From the NCBI GenBank assembly GCA_963833505.1, contig CAWHYG010000004.1, forward strand, positions 223,025-287,024: DNA of 64,000 bases, given 5' to 3'. Source of the stretch: Candidatus Eiseniibacteriota bacterium (GTDB lineage Bacteria; Eisenbacteria; RBG-16-71-46; CAIMUX01). The notes under the pieces are model-generated. The model saw only the letters and a program-made list of their open reading frames with translations. It searched no databases and had not been told where the DNA came from. A program made the translations under genes and the position numbers. Shown in pieces: positions 1 to 8,245 of the stretch (the first letter of the stretch is position 1; each line of letters begins with the position of its first letter).

Positions 1-60
1 CGCCTGGCCCGGTTCAAGACCGGGGCGCAGGACTCGCGCAAACCCTGATCGGCGCGCGCT

Positions 61-75
61 CCGGCCTCGCGCCGG
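61..75 (-). terminator. Putative stem-loop (ccggc-ctcgc-gccgg) immediately 3' of the stop of the 85..1726 gene. The same motif recurs after the 1831..4638 gene.
   Basis: The palindrome 'ccggcctcgcgccgg' followed by the palindrome 'gacgcgcgtc' is seen directly. There is no U-tract, which is common in high-GC genomes. Confidence 0.3.
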
Positions 76-84
76 AGACGCGCG

Positions 85-1726
85 TCAGCGGTACAGGCTC
101 TTGATCTGGCCCCAGGTTCGGACCGACACCGGAACGACCACACAGGGACTGGGGTTGCAGGTCGTGCCTGGACCCATCCATTGGCCCTGACAGTTCGCCT
201 GGGTCGTGATGGTGCAGACCTCATTGATGCAGCAAGCGCCGACCGGCGGCGGCGGGCAGGGATTCGGCGCGCATACGCTGCCGGGGCCCTGCCACGTGCC
301 TCCTTCCTGCTGACAGGTGGACCTGGTCAGCACCACACAACTTCCATCCGCGAAACAGCAAGCCCCGCTGGCCGGCTGCGTGCCGGATACGTAGGCGGCG
401 ATCCCAAGCGCCTGCGTCGGACCCCAGATGATCGATGGATCCGCCCACCCCGTCGGATAGCCGATCCCGGGGGCGATGTTCGTGCGCGGCTTGCCGCGCA
501 TTCCGTCCAGATCGGCTGCGACGCCCCAACCGGGGGTCCCGTCGGGCCACTCGCCCCAATATCCGACGAAGAAGTCGCCATTCACCGGCTCGTCCGAGGT
601 GTCGATATCGTGCAGGGTGACCTTCGGCCAGACTCCCGGAGCCGAGATCGAGATCCCGAAATCCACGTTGATCACGCTGGTCGGATTGCACCCGTCGGAA
701 TTCCACAGGTAGGCATCGAGCCTTTGACCGCTGTACATTCCGGGCTCAGCGGTCAGGGCGTACTGCTGGCCGCAGACGGTTCCAGTCGCGTTGTAGCCTT
801 CGGCAAAGGCTCCGTAGTACGGAGCTGTCTCGCCCCCGTACCACCATGTATATGCGCTTTCATAGGTTCCGTCCGCATTCATGTAGAGGTCCGAGCCGGG
901 GCAGGGATTGTTTCGGCGGCCCGCGTCCAAGCGGCCGACTCCATTCCCGACCGACCATGCTGTCTTCCCGCCATGGGCGAGGAGGCTGCCGCCGCGGGCA
1001 GGCACGGTCCCGCTACGGGTGATCGCGCCACTCTTGAATCGCGCCTTCTGGTAGCAGGGGTTCGGCGAGCAGGTCGAGCTTGGACCCAGCCAGTATCCGG
1101 CGCAGTCGGCCAGCGTTGTCATGCTGCAGGCGCCGCAAATGCAGCAGGCGCCGACGGCCACCGGGCAGGGATTTGGATTGCAGATGGTGTTCGCCCCCAT
1201 CCACTGGCCGGAGCAAGTCAACTGGGTCGTGATGGTGCAGGCCCCGTTGATGCAGCAGGCGCCCGACGGCGGGCACGGGTTCGGATTGCACACCGTGTTC
1301 GGACCCATCCACTGGCCGGAGCAGCCGGTCTGGAACGTGATCGTGCAGGTGCCGTTCGCACAACATGCGCCCGGCTGGGGACAGGGATTCGGGCTGCAGA
1401 CTGTGTTCACGCCCTGCCACGTGCCGCCGGCCTGCGAGCACGCCGCCTGCGTCAAGAGCCGGCAGGTGCCGTCCGGGAAGCAGCAAGCGCCCATAGACCT
1501 TCCACACGTCGATGGCGCCGGGACCGGATCCATCGATCCGGCTCACCGCGTTGACACAGGAAGACAAGGGAGCGATGCCGCAGTAGTCCGAGGTGTCCAC
1601 GGTGTACGAGAGGCCGGGGTAGTGGACGATGAGAGTTCCGCCGGCATTCGGTCCGGCCAGGACGAACGGGGCCGCGGTGCCCATTGTCGCCAACACAACC
1701 AGGAGGACATTCACGAGTCGCCGCAT
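85..1726 (-). pseudogene. Truncated tandem paralog of the Cys-rich-repeat secreted protein at 1831-4638. The N-terminal domain reads in one frame and the repeats in another, consistent with a deletion plus a 1-nt frameshift.
   Basis: The frame starting at the ATG at 1726 encodes a signal peptide plus 'AGPNAGGTLIVHYPGLSYTVDTSDYCG...VWKVY', nearly identical to the N-terminus of the 4638 gene. About 1 nt out of frame (ORF 85..1533) follow 5+2 'GACC...PNPCP' repeats, the conserved approximately 190-aa C-domain and the '...TWGQIKSLYR' tail. The junction lies at about 1490-1530. A GGAGG RBS precedes 1726. Confidence 0.5.
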
Positions 1727-1806
1727 CTCACACGCTCCTTCCGCCGGCTCCGCTTCTGGGCCGGGGCGCAAAGCTCGAGGCCCAGCGTTCCGTAACGGTG
1801 CGCCTT

Positions 1807-1821
1807 CCGGCCTCGCGCCGG
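1807..1821 (-). terminator. Putative stem-loop terminator 3' of the 1831..4638 gene. It is the same 'ccggcctcgcgccgg' motif as at 61-75.
   Basis: Identical palindrome, positioned just after the stop at 1831-1833. Confidence 0.3.
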
Positions 1822-1830
1822 AGACGCGCG

Positions 1831-4638
1831 TCAGTGGTACAGGCTCTTGATCCGCCCCCAGGTCTGGATCGAGACGGGAACCGGGGGCGGAGGACCCGTA
1901 AGAATGTAAGCGCCGATCCCGATGGCCTGGGTCGGACCCCAGATCACCGACACGTTGCTCCAACCGGTCGGGTAGCCAATCCCGGGCGCGATGTTCGTCC
2001 GCGGCATGCCGCCGAAGCCGTCGAGGTCGGCGCCGATGAACCAGCCGGCGATTGCGCCCGGCCATTCGCCCCAGTAACCCACGAAGAAGTTGCCGGCGAG
2101 CACCTCGTCCGTCGTGTTGATGTCGGCCAGCGTGAAGCTCGGCCAGATCGCCGGCGTTGAAACGCTCAGGCCGTAGTCGACGTTGATGACGCTGGTCGGA
2201 TTGCAGCCGTCGGAGTTCCAGATGTAGGCGTCGGCCTTCTGGCCTTGGTACATGCCGGACTCGGTCGTGATGGCCCACTGCTGGCCGCAGCAACTACCTG
2301 TCGCGTCGTAGCCCTCGGCAAAGGCGCCGTAGTACGGCGCCACCTCGCCGCCATACCACCAGGTGAAGCCGTTCTCATAGGAGCCGTCCGCATTGAGCAG
2401 AAGCGTAGAGCCCGAGCACGGGTTGGTCCGAGGGCCCGCCTTGATCTTGCCGTGCCCGACGCCCACCGAGCGGGCCGTCCGGCCGGAGTGCGCCAGACCC
2501 CTACCGGTATAACGTTTGACCACCGGGCAGGGATTCGGGTTGCAGGTCGTGCCCGCGCCCATCCACTGGCCCTGGCAGTCGGTCTGCGTGGTGATGGTGC
2601 ATTGGCCGCAGATGCAGCAGGCGCCGGTGGGCGGCTGGGGGCAGGGGTTCGGCGTGCACCCCGTGTTCGCTCCCATCCACTGCCCCGGACAGTTCGCCTG
2701 GGTCGTGATGGTGCAAACCCCGTTGACGCAGCAAGCGCCGGCCGGAGGACACGGATTCGGATTGCACGTCGTGTTCGCTCCCATCCACTGCCCCGAGCAG
2801 TTCGCCTGGGTCGTGATCGTGCAGACCCCGTTGATGCAGCAGGCGCCCGCCGGCGGTTGCGGACACGGATTCGGCGTGCAGGACGTCCCCGCGCCCAGCC
2901 AGTTGCCGGTGCAGGCGCTCTGGAGGGTCACCGTGCAGCTTCCGTCAGGCTGGCAGCACGCGCCCGGCTGCGGGCAGGGATTCGGCGAGCAGGTCGTCCC
3001 CGTGCCCAACCAAGTGCCGGTGCAGGCACTCTGGAGGGTCACCGTGCAGCTCCCGTCCGACTGGCAGCACGCGCCCGGCTGCGGGCAGGGATTCGGACTG
3101 CACACCGTGTTCATGCCCTGCCACGTCCCGCCGGCCTGGGTGCACGCCGCCTGCGTCAAGAGCTGACAAGTGCCGTCCTTGAAACAGCAAGCGCCTTCAG
3201 GCTGCGGGCACGGGTTCGGCGTGCAGGTCGTGTTCGCGCCCATCCATTGGCCCGAGCAGGCAGACTGGGTCGTGATGGTGCAGGCCCCGCTGACGCAGCA
3301 GGCGCCTGACGGCGGGCACGGGTTCGGATTGCACACCGTGTTCGAACCCATCCACTGGCCTGAGCAGCCGGCCTGGAGCGTGATCGTGCAGGTCCCGTTG
3401 GCACAACATGCGCCCAGTTGGGGACAGGGATTCGGGCTGCAGACCGTGTTCGGGCCTTGCCACGAGCCACCGGCCTGCGAGCACTCCGCCCGGTTCAAGA
3501 GCTGGCAGGTGCCATCCGGAAAGCAGCAGGCGCCTTGGAGCTGCGTGCACGGATTCGGGTTGCACACGGTGTTCGGACCTTGCCACGTGCCGCCGGCCTG
3601 CAAGCACGCCGCCGGTCTCAAGAGCTGGCAGGTGCCGTCCTTGAAGCAGCAGGCGCCGATCGGCTGCGGACACGGGTTCGGCGTGCAGGTGGTGTTGTCG
3701 CCCTCATACGTGCCGCCCTGCGCGGTGCAGCCGGTTCTCGTCAGAACCTGGCAGCTTCCATCGGCGAAGCAGCAAGCGCCGGTCGGCCCCGTGCACGGAT
3801 TCGGCGTGCAGGTGGTCTTGTCGCCCTGATAGGTGCCGCCCTGCGACAAGCAGTTGGCCTTCGTCAGGACCTGGCAGGTGCCGTCGTTGAAGCAGCAGGC
3901 ACCCGTCGGCTGCGGGCAGGGGTTGGGATCGCACGAGGTGTTGTCACCCAGATACGTGCCGCCCTGCGAAGCGCAGTTGGTCTGCGTCAGGATCTGGCAG
4001 GTGCCGTCCTTGAAGCAGCACGCGCCCGTCGGCAGGACCACCGGGCAGGGATCATTGCCCGCCGTGCTGAACCCCATCGTTCCATAGGCATCGATTGGAT
4101 CCACCTTCGGCGGGATGGAGTCGTCGGTAAAGTCTCCCCCGAGCGACGGGTTCGGCCCGAGGGTGAAGGTGCCGGCACCTCCGGTGACGTACCCGGCGAA
4201 CCAATAGCACTCCACCAGGATCGTGGTCTGCGGGTTGTCCCAGATCACGGAGTTGCCTGTCCCCGAGCGCGGCCAGGTGTTGTCCGGGAACTCGACATCC
4301 CCGCAGGTGCCGTATTCCTGGGCTGGAATCGTGAGATTCCCGGAGTAGGTGATCCCGAAGCTCACGCCCTTGAGACGAGGGCTGCTGCCACCGACGAAGG
4401 CCGCATAGACCTTCCAGACCTTGACGGCTGACGGGCCGGACCCGTCGATCTCGCTCACCGCGTTGACACAGGAAGACAAGGGAGCGAGACCGCAATAGTC
4501 GGCAGTGTCCGCGGTGTAGGAGAGGTCGGGGTAGTGGACGATGAGAGTTCCGCCGGCATTCGGTCCGGCCAGGGCCCACGGGGCCGCGGTGCCCAAGGCC
4601 GCCATCACCACCAGGAGGACACTCACGATTCGCCGCAT
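1831..4638 (-). CDS. Large secreted Cys-rich repeat protein. It has a signal peptide, a conserved N-terminal approximately 85-aa domain, about 13 tandem 37-42-aa six-Cys repeats, a conserved approximately 190-aa C-domain and a 'TWGRIKSLYH' tail.
   Basis: 935-aa ORF with a GGAGG RBS 9 nt upstream and a hydrophobic signal peptide 'MRRIVSVLLVVMAALGTAAPWALA'. The repeat is 'GACCF(K/N/A/P)DGTCQ(L/V)LTxxxCxxxGGT(W/Y)QGxNTxCxPNPCPQP', alternating with a shorter 'GACCxNGxCTITTQxxCSGQWMGxNTxCxPNPCP' subtype. The C-terminus is shared with gene 85..1726. Confidence 0.8.
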   Translation of the reverse strand: MRRIVSVLLVVMAALGTAAPWALAGPNAGGTLIVHYPDLSYTADTADYCGLAPLSSCVNAVSEIDGSGPSAVKVWKVYAAFVGGSSPRLKGVSFGITYSGNLTIPAQEYGTCGDVEFPDNTWPRSGTGNSVIWDNPQTTILVECYWFAGYVTGGAGTFTLGPNPSLGGDFTDDSIPPKVDPIDAYGTMGFSTAGNDPCPVVLPTGACCFKDGTCQILTQTNCASQGGTYLGDNTSCDPNPCPQPTGACCFNDGTCQVLTKANCLSQGGTYQGDKTTCTPNPCTGPTGACCFADGSCQVLTRTGCTAQGGTYEGDNTTCTPNPCPQPIGACCFKDGTCQLLRPAACLQAGGTWQGPNTVCNPNPCTQLQGACCFPDGTCQLLNRAECSQAGGSWQGPNTVCSPNPCPQLGACCANGTCTITLQAGCSGQWMGSNTVCNPNPCPPSGACCVSGACTITTQSACSGQWMGANTTCTPNPCPQPEGACCFKDGTCQLLTQAACTQAGGTWQGMNTVCSPNPCPQPGACCQSDGSCTVTLQSACTGTWLGTGTTCSPNPCPQPGACCQPDGSCTVTLQSACTGNWLGAGTSCTPNPCPQPPAGACCINGVCTITTQANCSGQWMGANTTCNPNPCPPAGACCVNGVCTITTQANCPGQWMGANTGCTPNPCPQPPTGACCICGQCTITTQTDCQGQWMGAGTTCNPNPCPVVKRYTGRGLAHSGRTARSVGVGHGKIKAGPRTNPCSGSTLLLNADGSYENGFTWWYGGEVAPYYGAFAEGYDATGSCCGQQWAITTESGMYQGQKADAYIWNSDGCNPTSVINVDYGLSVSTPAIWPSFTLADINTTDEVLAGNFFVGYWGEWPGAIAGWFIGADLDGFGGMPRTNIAPGIGYPTGWSNVSVIWGPTQAIGIGAYILTGPPPPVPVSIQTWGRIKSLYH

Positions 4639-4904
4639 CTCACACGCTCCTTCCGCCGGGCCGGTTCAAAACCGGGGCGCAGGACCATCGCGAACTTCGA
4701 GACCGATCGAGCGGCAGAATCCCGGAAGCGAGGAGGGCCAGGTTCAGGAGCGTGCAGCTCGACCCTGGATTTTCAGACGCTGTAATTCTACTAATGAGAA
4801 ATCGCGTTGTCAAGAAGACCCCTCGATCGCTGCGACGCGATCGCAGGTCTCCTCGTCTCTGTCGATTGAGCTCCATGCGACATTCGAAACCGGCAAGGCC
4901 GTAC

Positions 4905-5048
4905 TGAGAGGTCCGCAGGGGAAGGGCCGCTCCGGCGAGTTACGGCAGGGGCCGCTCGCCTGGGGCGGTGGTTCTGGGAAACTCCGCGTCGCGGCGCCCG
5001 CCGTCTGTTTGAGCCGGAGCGGCCCCTTCCCGGAGGACCTCGCCCCCA
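4905..5048 (+). repeat. MITE-like or structured-RNA-like repeat element of about 145 bp with about 30-bp imperfect terminal inverted repeats (copy A).
   Basis: About 85% identical to the reverse complement of 33085..33237. The ends 'gagaggtccgcaggggaagggccgctccggc' and 'gccggagcggccccttcccggaggacctc' are inverted repeats of each other. It is intergenic, between the Cys-rich gene and tkt. Confidence 0.6.
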
Positions 5049-5161
5049 AATCCGATCGACAAGCGGCAGTCGGGCGTCAATCCGGCGATGCTCGGAGCGG
5101 GCCGCTGCGGTATCGTGATCGGGACCGAGCGTGAATCGCAGCAATCCGGCAGGAGAATTCC

Positions 5162-7174
5162 ATGGATCCAACGGACCGAAATCTCGATCAACTCAGTGTC
5201 AACGCCATCCGGTTTCTGGCCGCGGACGCGGTCGAGAACGCCGGGTCGGGCCATCCCGGCATGCCAATGGGCATGGCGCCGGTGGGCATGATCCTCTGGC
5301 GGGAGTTTCTCCGCCACGACCCGTCGGATCCCCGGTGGCCCGATCGCGATCGGTTCGTGCTCTCCGCCGGCCACGGCGCGATGCTGCTCTATGCGCTTCT
5401 CCACCTGACCGGCCATGACTTCCCCCTGGAAGAGCTGCGCCGGTTGCGCCAGTGGGGATCGAAGACGCCGGGACATCCCGAACGCCACCTCGTGCCGGAG
5501 ATCGAGGTCACGACCGGTCCTCTCGGCCAGGGGATTTCGAACGCCGTCGGGCTCGCTCTCGCCGAAAGGAAGCTCGCCGCCGAGTTCAATCGCGAAGGCT
5601 GGATGCCGGTTGATCATCGGACGTGGGTCATCGCTTCCGACGGCGACATGATGGAAGGGATCTCGCACGAATCCTGCTCGCTGGCCGGGCATTGGGGTCT
5701 CGGCAAGCTCAAGGTCATCTACGATGACAACCACATCTCGATCGACGGCCCGACCCGGCTGGCCTTCGATGAAGACGTGACGCGGCGGTTCGACGCCTAT
5801 GGCTGGCACACGCAGAGAATTGCGGACGCCAATGACCTCGACGCTCTCCGCGCGGCGTTTCGGCAGGCCGAGGAGGAGACCGCGCGACCCAGCCTGATCG
5901 CCGTCCGAAGCCACATCGGCTACGGCAGCCCCAAGCAGGACTCGGCCGGCGCCCACGGCGAAGCTTTGGGCGCAGAGGCCATCGCCGCTGCGCGCCGGAC
6001 ACTCGGTTGGAGCTATCCGCCGTTCGTCATCCCGCCTGAGGTCTACCGGCACATGGATGTCCGGGATCGCGGGCGCCGCCTCCAAGAGGAATGGCGGATC
6101 CGCTGGTCGGGCTATGCTGCGGAACATCCCGACCTTGCTCGCGAATTCGAACGGCGGATGCGAGGGCTGGAGCTTCCCGAGGAGTGGGACCGCGATCTCC
6201 CCGACTTCGCCGGCGCGAAGCCTCAGGCCACCCGGACCTCGAGCCAGACGGTCCTCTCGGCCCTGTCGCCGCGGATTCCCGAGCTGATCGGCGGGTCGGC
6301 CGACCTGACGCCGTCGAACCGGACGAGGGCGGCGGATCAGACGGAATTCAGCCTCGAGAATCCCACCGGCCGGTATCTCCACTACGGCGTGCGCGAGCAC
6401 GGGATGGCCGCCATCATGAACGGAATCGCGGCGCACGGCGGCTATCGTCCCTACGGCGGCACGTTCCTGATCTTCAGCGACTACCATCGCCCCGCGGTCC
6501 GCCTGGCGGCGCTCTCGAAGCTGCCGGTGATTTTCGTCTACACGCACGACTCCATCGGGCTGGGCGGAGACGGCCCGACCCACCAGCCGGTCGGCGAGCT
6601 CATGGGCCTCCGCGCCATGCCCGGCCTCTGGGTCATCCGTCCGGCGGATGCGGCCGAAACCAGCGTGGCCTGGAAGCTGGCGCTCGAGCGCATCGGCGGC
6701 CCTACCGCGCTCGTGCTCTCGCGCCAGGATCTCCCGGTGATCGATCGACAGGCGGACGCGCCCGTGGCCGGCATGCTGCGGGGCGGCTATGTTCTCCGCG
6801 AGGTCGAGCGGCCGCAGGCGGCGATCGTCGCCACCGGCAGCGAGGTGCAGCTCGCTCTCCGCGCCGAGGAGCGGCTTCGCTTGGAGGGCCTGCGCGTCCG
6901 GGTCGTGAGCCTGCCGTGCTTTGAGCTGTTCGAATCCCAGGAAGATTCCTATCGACGGTCGGTGCTGCCGGCGGATCTGCCCACGCTGGCGATCGAGGCG
7001 GGAGCGACGCTGGGATGGGAACGCTACGCGGATCGGGTCCTGGGGCTGGATCACTTCGGAGCCAGCGCGCCCGGAGAGGTGATCTTCGAGAAATTCGGAT
7101 TCACCGTGGACAACGTGATCCTCAAGGTCAAGGCGCTGATCGCGCATCGCGATTCGCCGCGAACCGGCGTGTGA
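5162..7174 (+). CDS. tkt: Transketolase
   Basis: 670 aa. The N-terminal 'RFLAADAVENAGSGHPGMPMGMAP' thiamine-diphosphate motif and the overall length are typical of Tkt. AGGAGA RBS. Confidence 0.95.
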   Translation: MDPTDRNLDQLSVNAIRFLAADAVENAGSGHPGMPMGMAPVGMILWREFLRHDPSDPRWPDRDRFVLSAGHGAMLLYALLHLTGHDFPLEELRRLRQWGSKTPGHPERHLVPEIEVTTGPLGQGISNAVGLALAERKLAAEFNREGWMPVDHRTWVIASDGDMMEGISHESCSLAGHWGLGKLKVIYDDNHISIDGPTRLAFDEDVTRRFDAYGWHTQRIADANDLDALRAAFRQAEEETARPSLIAVRSHIGYGSPKQDSAGAHGEALGAEAIAAARRTLGWSYPPFVIPPEVYRHMDVRDRGRRLQEEWRIRWSGYAAEHPDLAREFERRMRGLELPEEWDRDLPDFAGAKPQATRTSSQTVLSALSPRIPELIGGSADLTPSNRTRAADQTEFSLENPTGRYLHYGVREHGMAAIMNGIAAHGGYRPYGGTFLIFSDYHRPAVRLAALSKLPVIFVYTHDSIGLGGDGPTHQPVGELMGLRAMPGLWVIRPADAAETSVAWKLALERIGGPTALVLSRQDLPVIDRQADAPVAGMLRGGYVLREVERPQAAIVATGSEVQLALRAEERLRLEGLRVRVVSLPCFELFESQEDSYRRSVLPADLPTLAIEAGATLGWERYADRVLGLDHFGASAPGEVIFEKFGFTVDNVILKVKALIAHRDSPRTGV

Positions 7175-7333
7175 AGGAGTCGGCTTTGGACAGATGCCGG
7201 ATTGGCGCGGTCTCGCGCCCGCCCGGCGGAGTGAGCACCCGATCGGGCCCGCGCGATTCCGAAGCGCGTGCGCCGTCAGCCGCCACCATGACCGGGCGTT
7301 CTCGACTCCGAACGGCTGCAATAGGAGGAACGG

Positions 7334-8245
7334 ATGGAACTGGGAATGATCGGCCTGGGGCGCATGGGCGCCAACATGGCGGAGCGGTTGATCCGCGGAG
7401 GACACCGGGTCTTCGGTTGGGATCGCTCTTCTGAGGCGATCGCGCTTCTGAAGGCGAAAGGAGGCGTCGCGGCCCAGGATCCCGGATCGCTGGTCCAGGC
7501 GCTGGCGCCGCCCCGGGCGGTCTGGCTCATGGTGCCGGCGGGAGAGGCGGTCGATTCCACCCTCGCGGTCCTCGCGCGGGATCTGCGGAAAGACGACGTC
7601 GTCCTCGACGGTGGCAATTCCAACTACCGCGATTCGCTGCGACGAGCGGCCGATCTGCAGAGTCGCGGGATCCACTTCATCGACGTCGGAACGAGCGGCG
7701 GGCTCTGGGGCCTGGCCGAAGGCTACAGCCTCATGATCGGCGGAGACGCCGAGCCGGTCGAACGCCTGCGTAGCGTGTTCCAGACTCTGGCGCCCGCGCC
7801 CGATCGGGGTTGGGGACGCGTCGGCCCCGCCGGATCGGGGCATTTCGTGAAGATGATCCACAACGGGATCGAGTACGGGATGATGCAGGCCTACGCGGAG
7901 GGCCTGTCCATCCTCAGACACAAGGAGCCTTTCGGGCTGGATCTGCCGCAGGTCGCGGAGATCTGGCGCTCGGGCAGCGTGATCCGCTCCTGGCTTCTGG
8001 ACCTGACCGCGTCGGTCCTGGCGCGGGATCCAAAACTCGCGGATGTGGCGCCCTGGGTGGCCGATTCGGGCGAGGGGCGCTGGACCGTGGACGAGGCGAT
8101 CGACCTGGGCGTCGCCGCTCCGGTCATCACCCTCGCGCTTCTCATGCGGCTGCGTTCCCGCGACGAAGAGGACTGGAGCGACCGTCTGCTCGCCGCCATG
8201 CGCCATGAATTCGGAGGGCACCCGATTCGGAAGGAGACCGCATGA
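7334..8245 (+). CDS. gnd: 6-phosphogluconate dehydrogenase (decarboxylating), short-form Gnd-like
   Basis: 303 aa with the 'MELGMIGLGRMGANMAERL' Rossmann N-terminus typical of short 6PGDH (YqeC/Gnd-like). Lies between tkt and zwf. Confidence 0.8.
   Translation: MELGMIGLGRMGANMAERLIRGGHRVFGWDRSSEAIALLKAKGGVAAQDPGSLVQALAPPRAVWLMVPAGEAVDSTLAVLARDLRKDDVVLDGGNSNYRDSLRRAADLQSRGIHFIDVGTSGGLWGLAEGYSLMIGGDAEPVERLRSVFQTLAPAPDRGWGRVGPAGSGHFVKMIHNGIEYGMMQAYAEGLSILRHKEPFGLDLPQVAEIWRSGSVIRSWLLDLTASVLARDPKLADVAPWVADSGEGRWTVDEAIDLGVAAPVITLALLMRLRSRDEEDWSDRLLAAMRHEFGGHPIRKETA

Noticed and set aside
85-4638. Dozens of 60-350-aa ORFs on both strands inside the Cys-rich repeat genes
   Set aside because: They are generated by the periodic GC-rich repeat DNA. 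They overlap the well-supported - strand reading frame.
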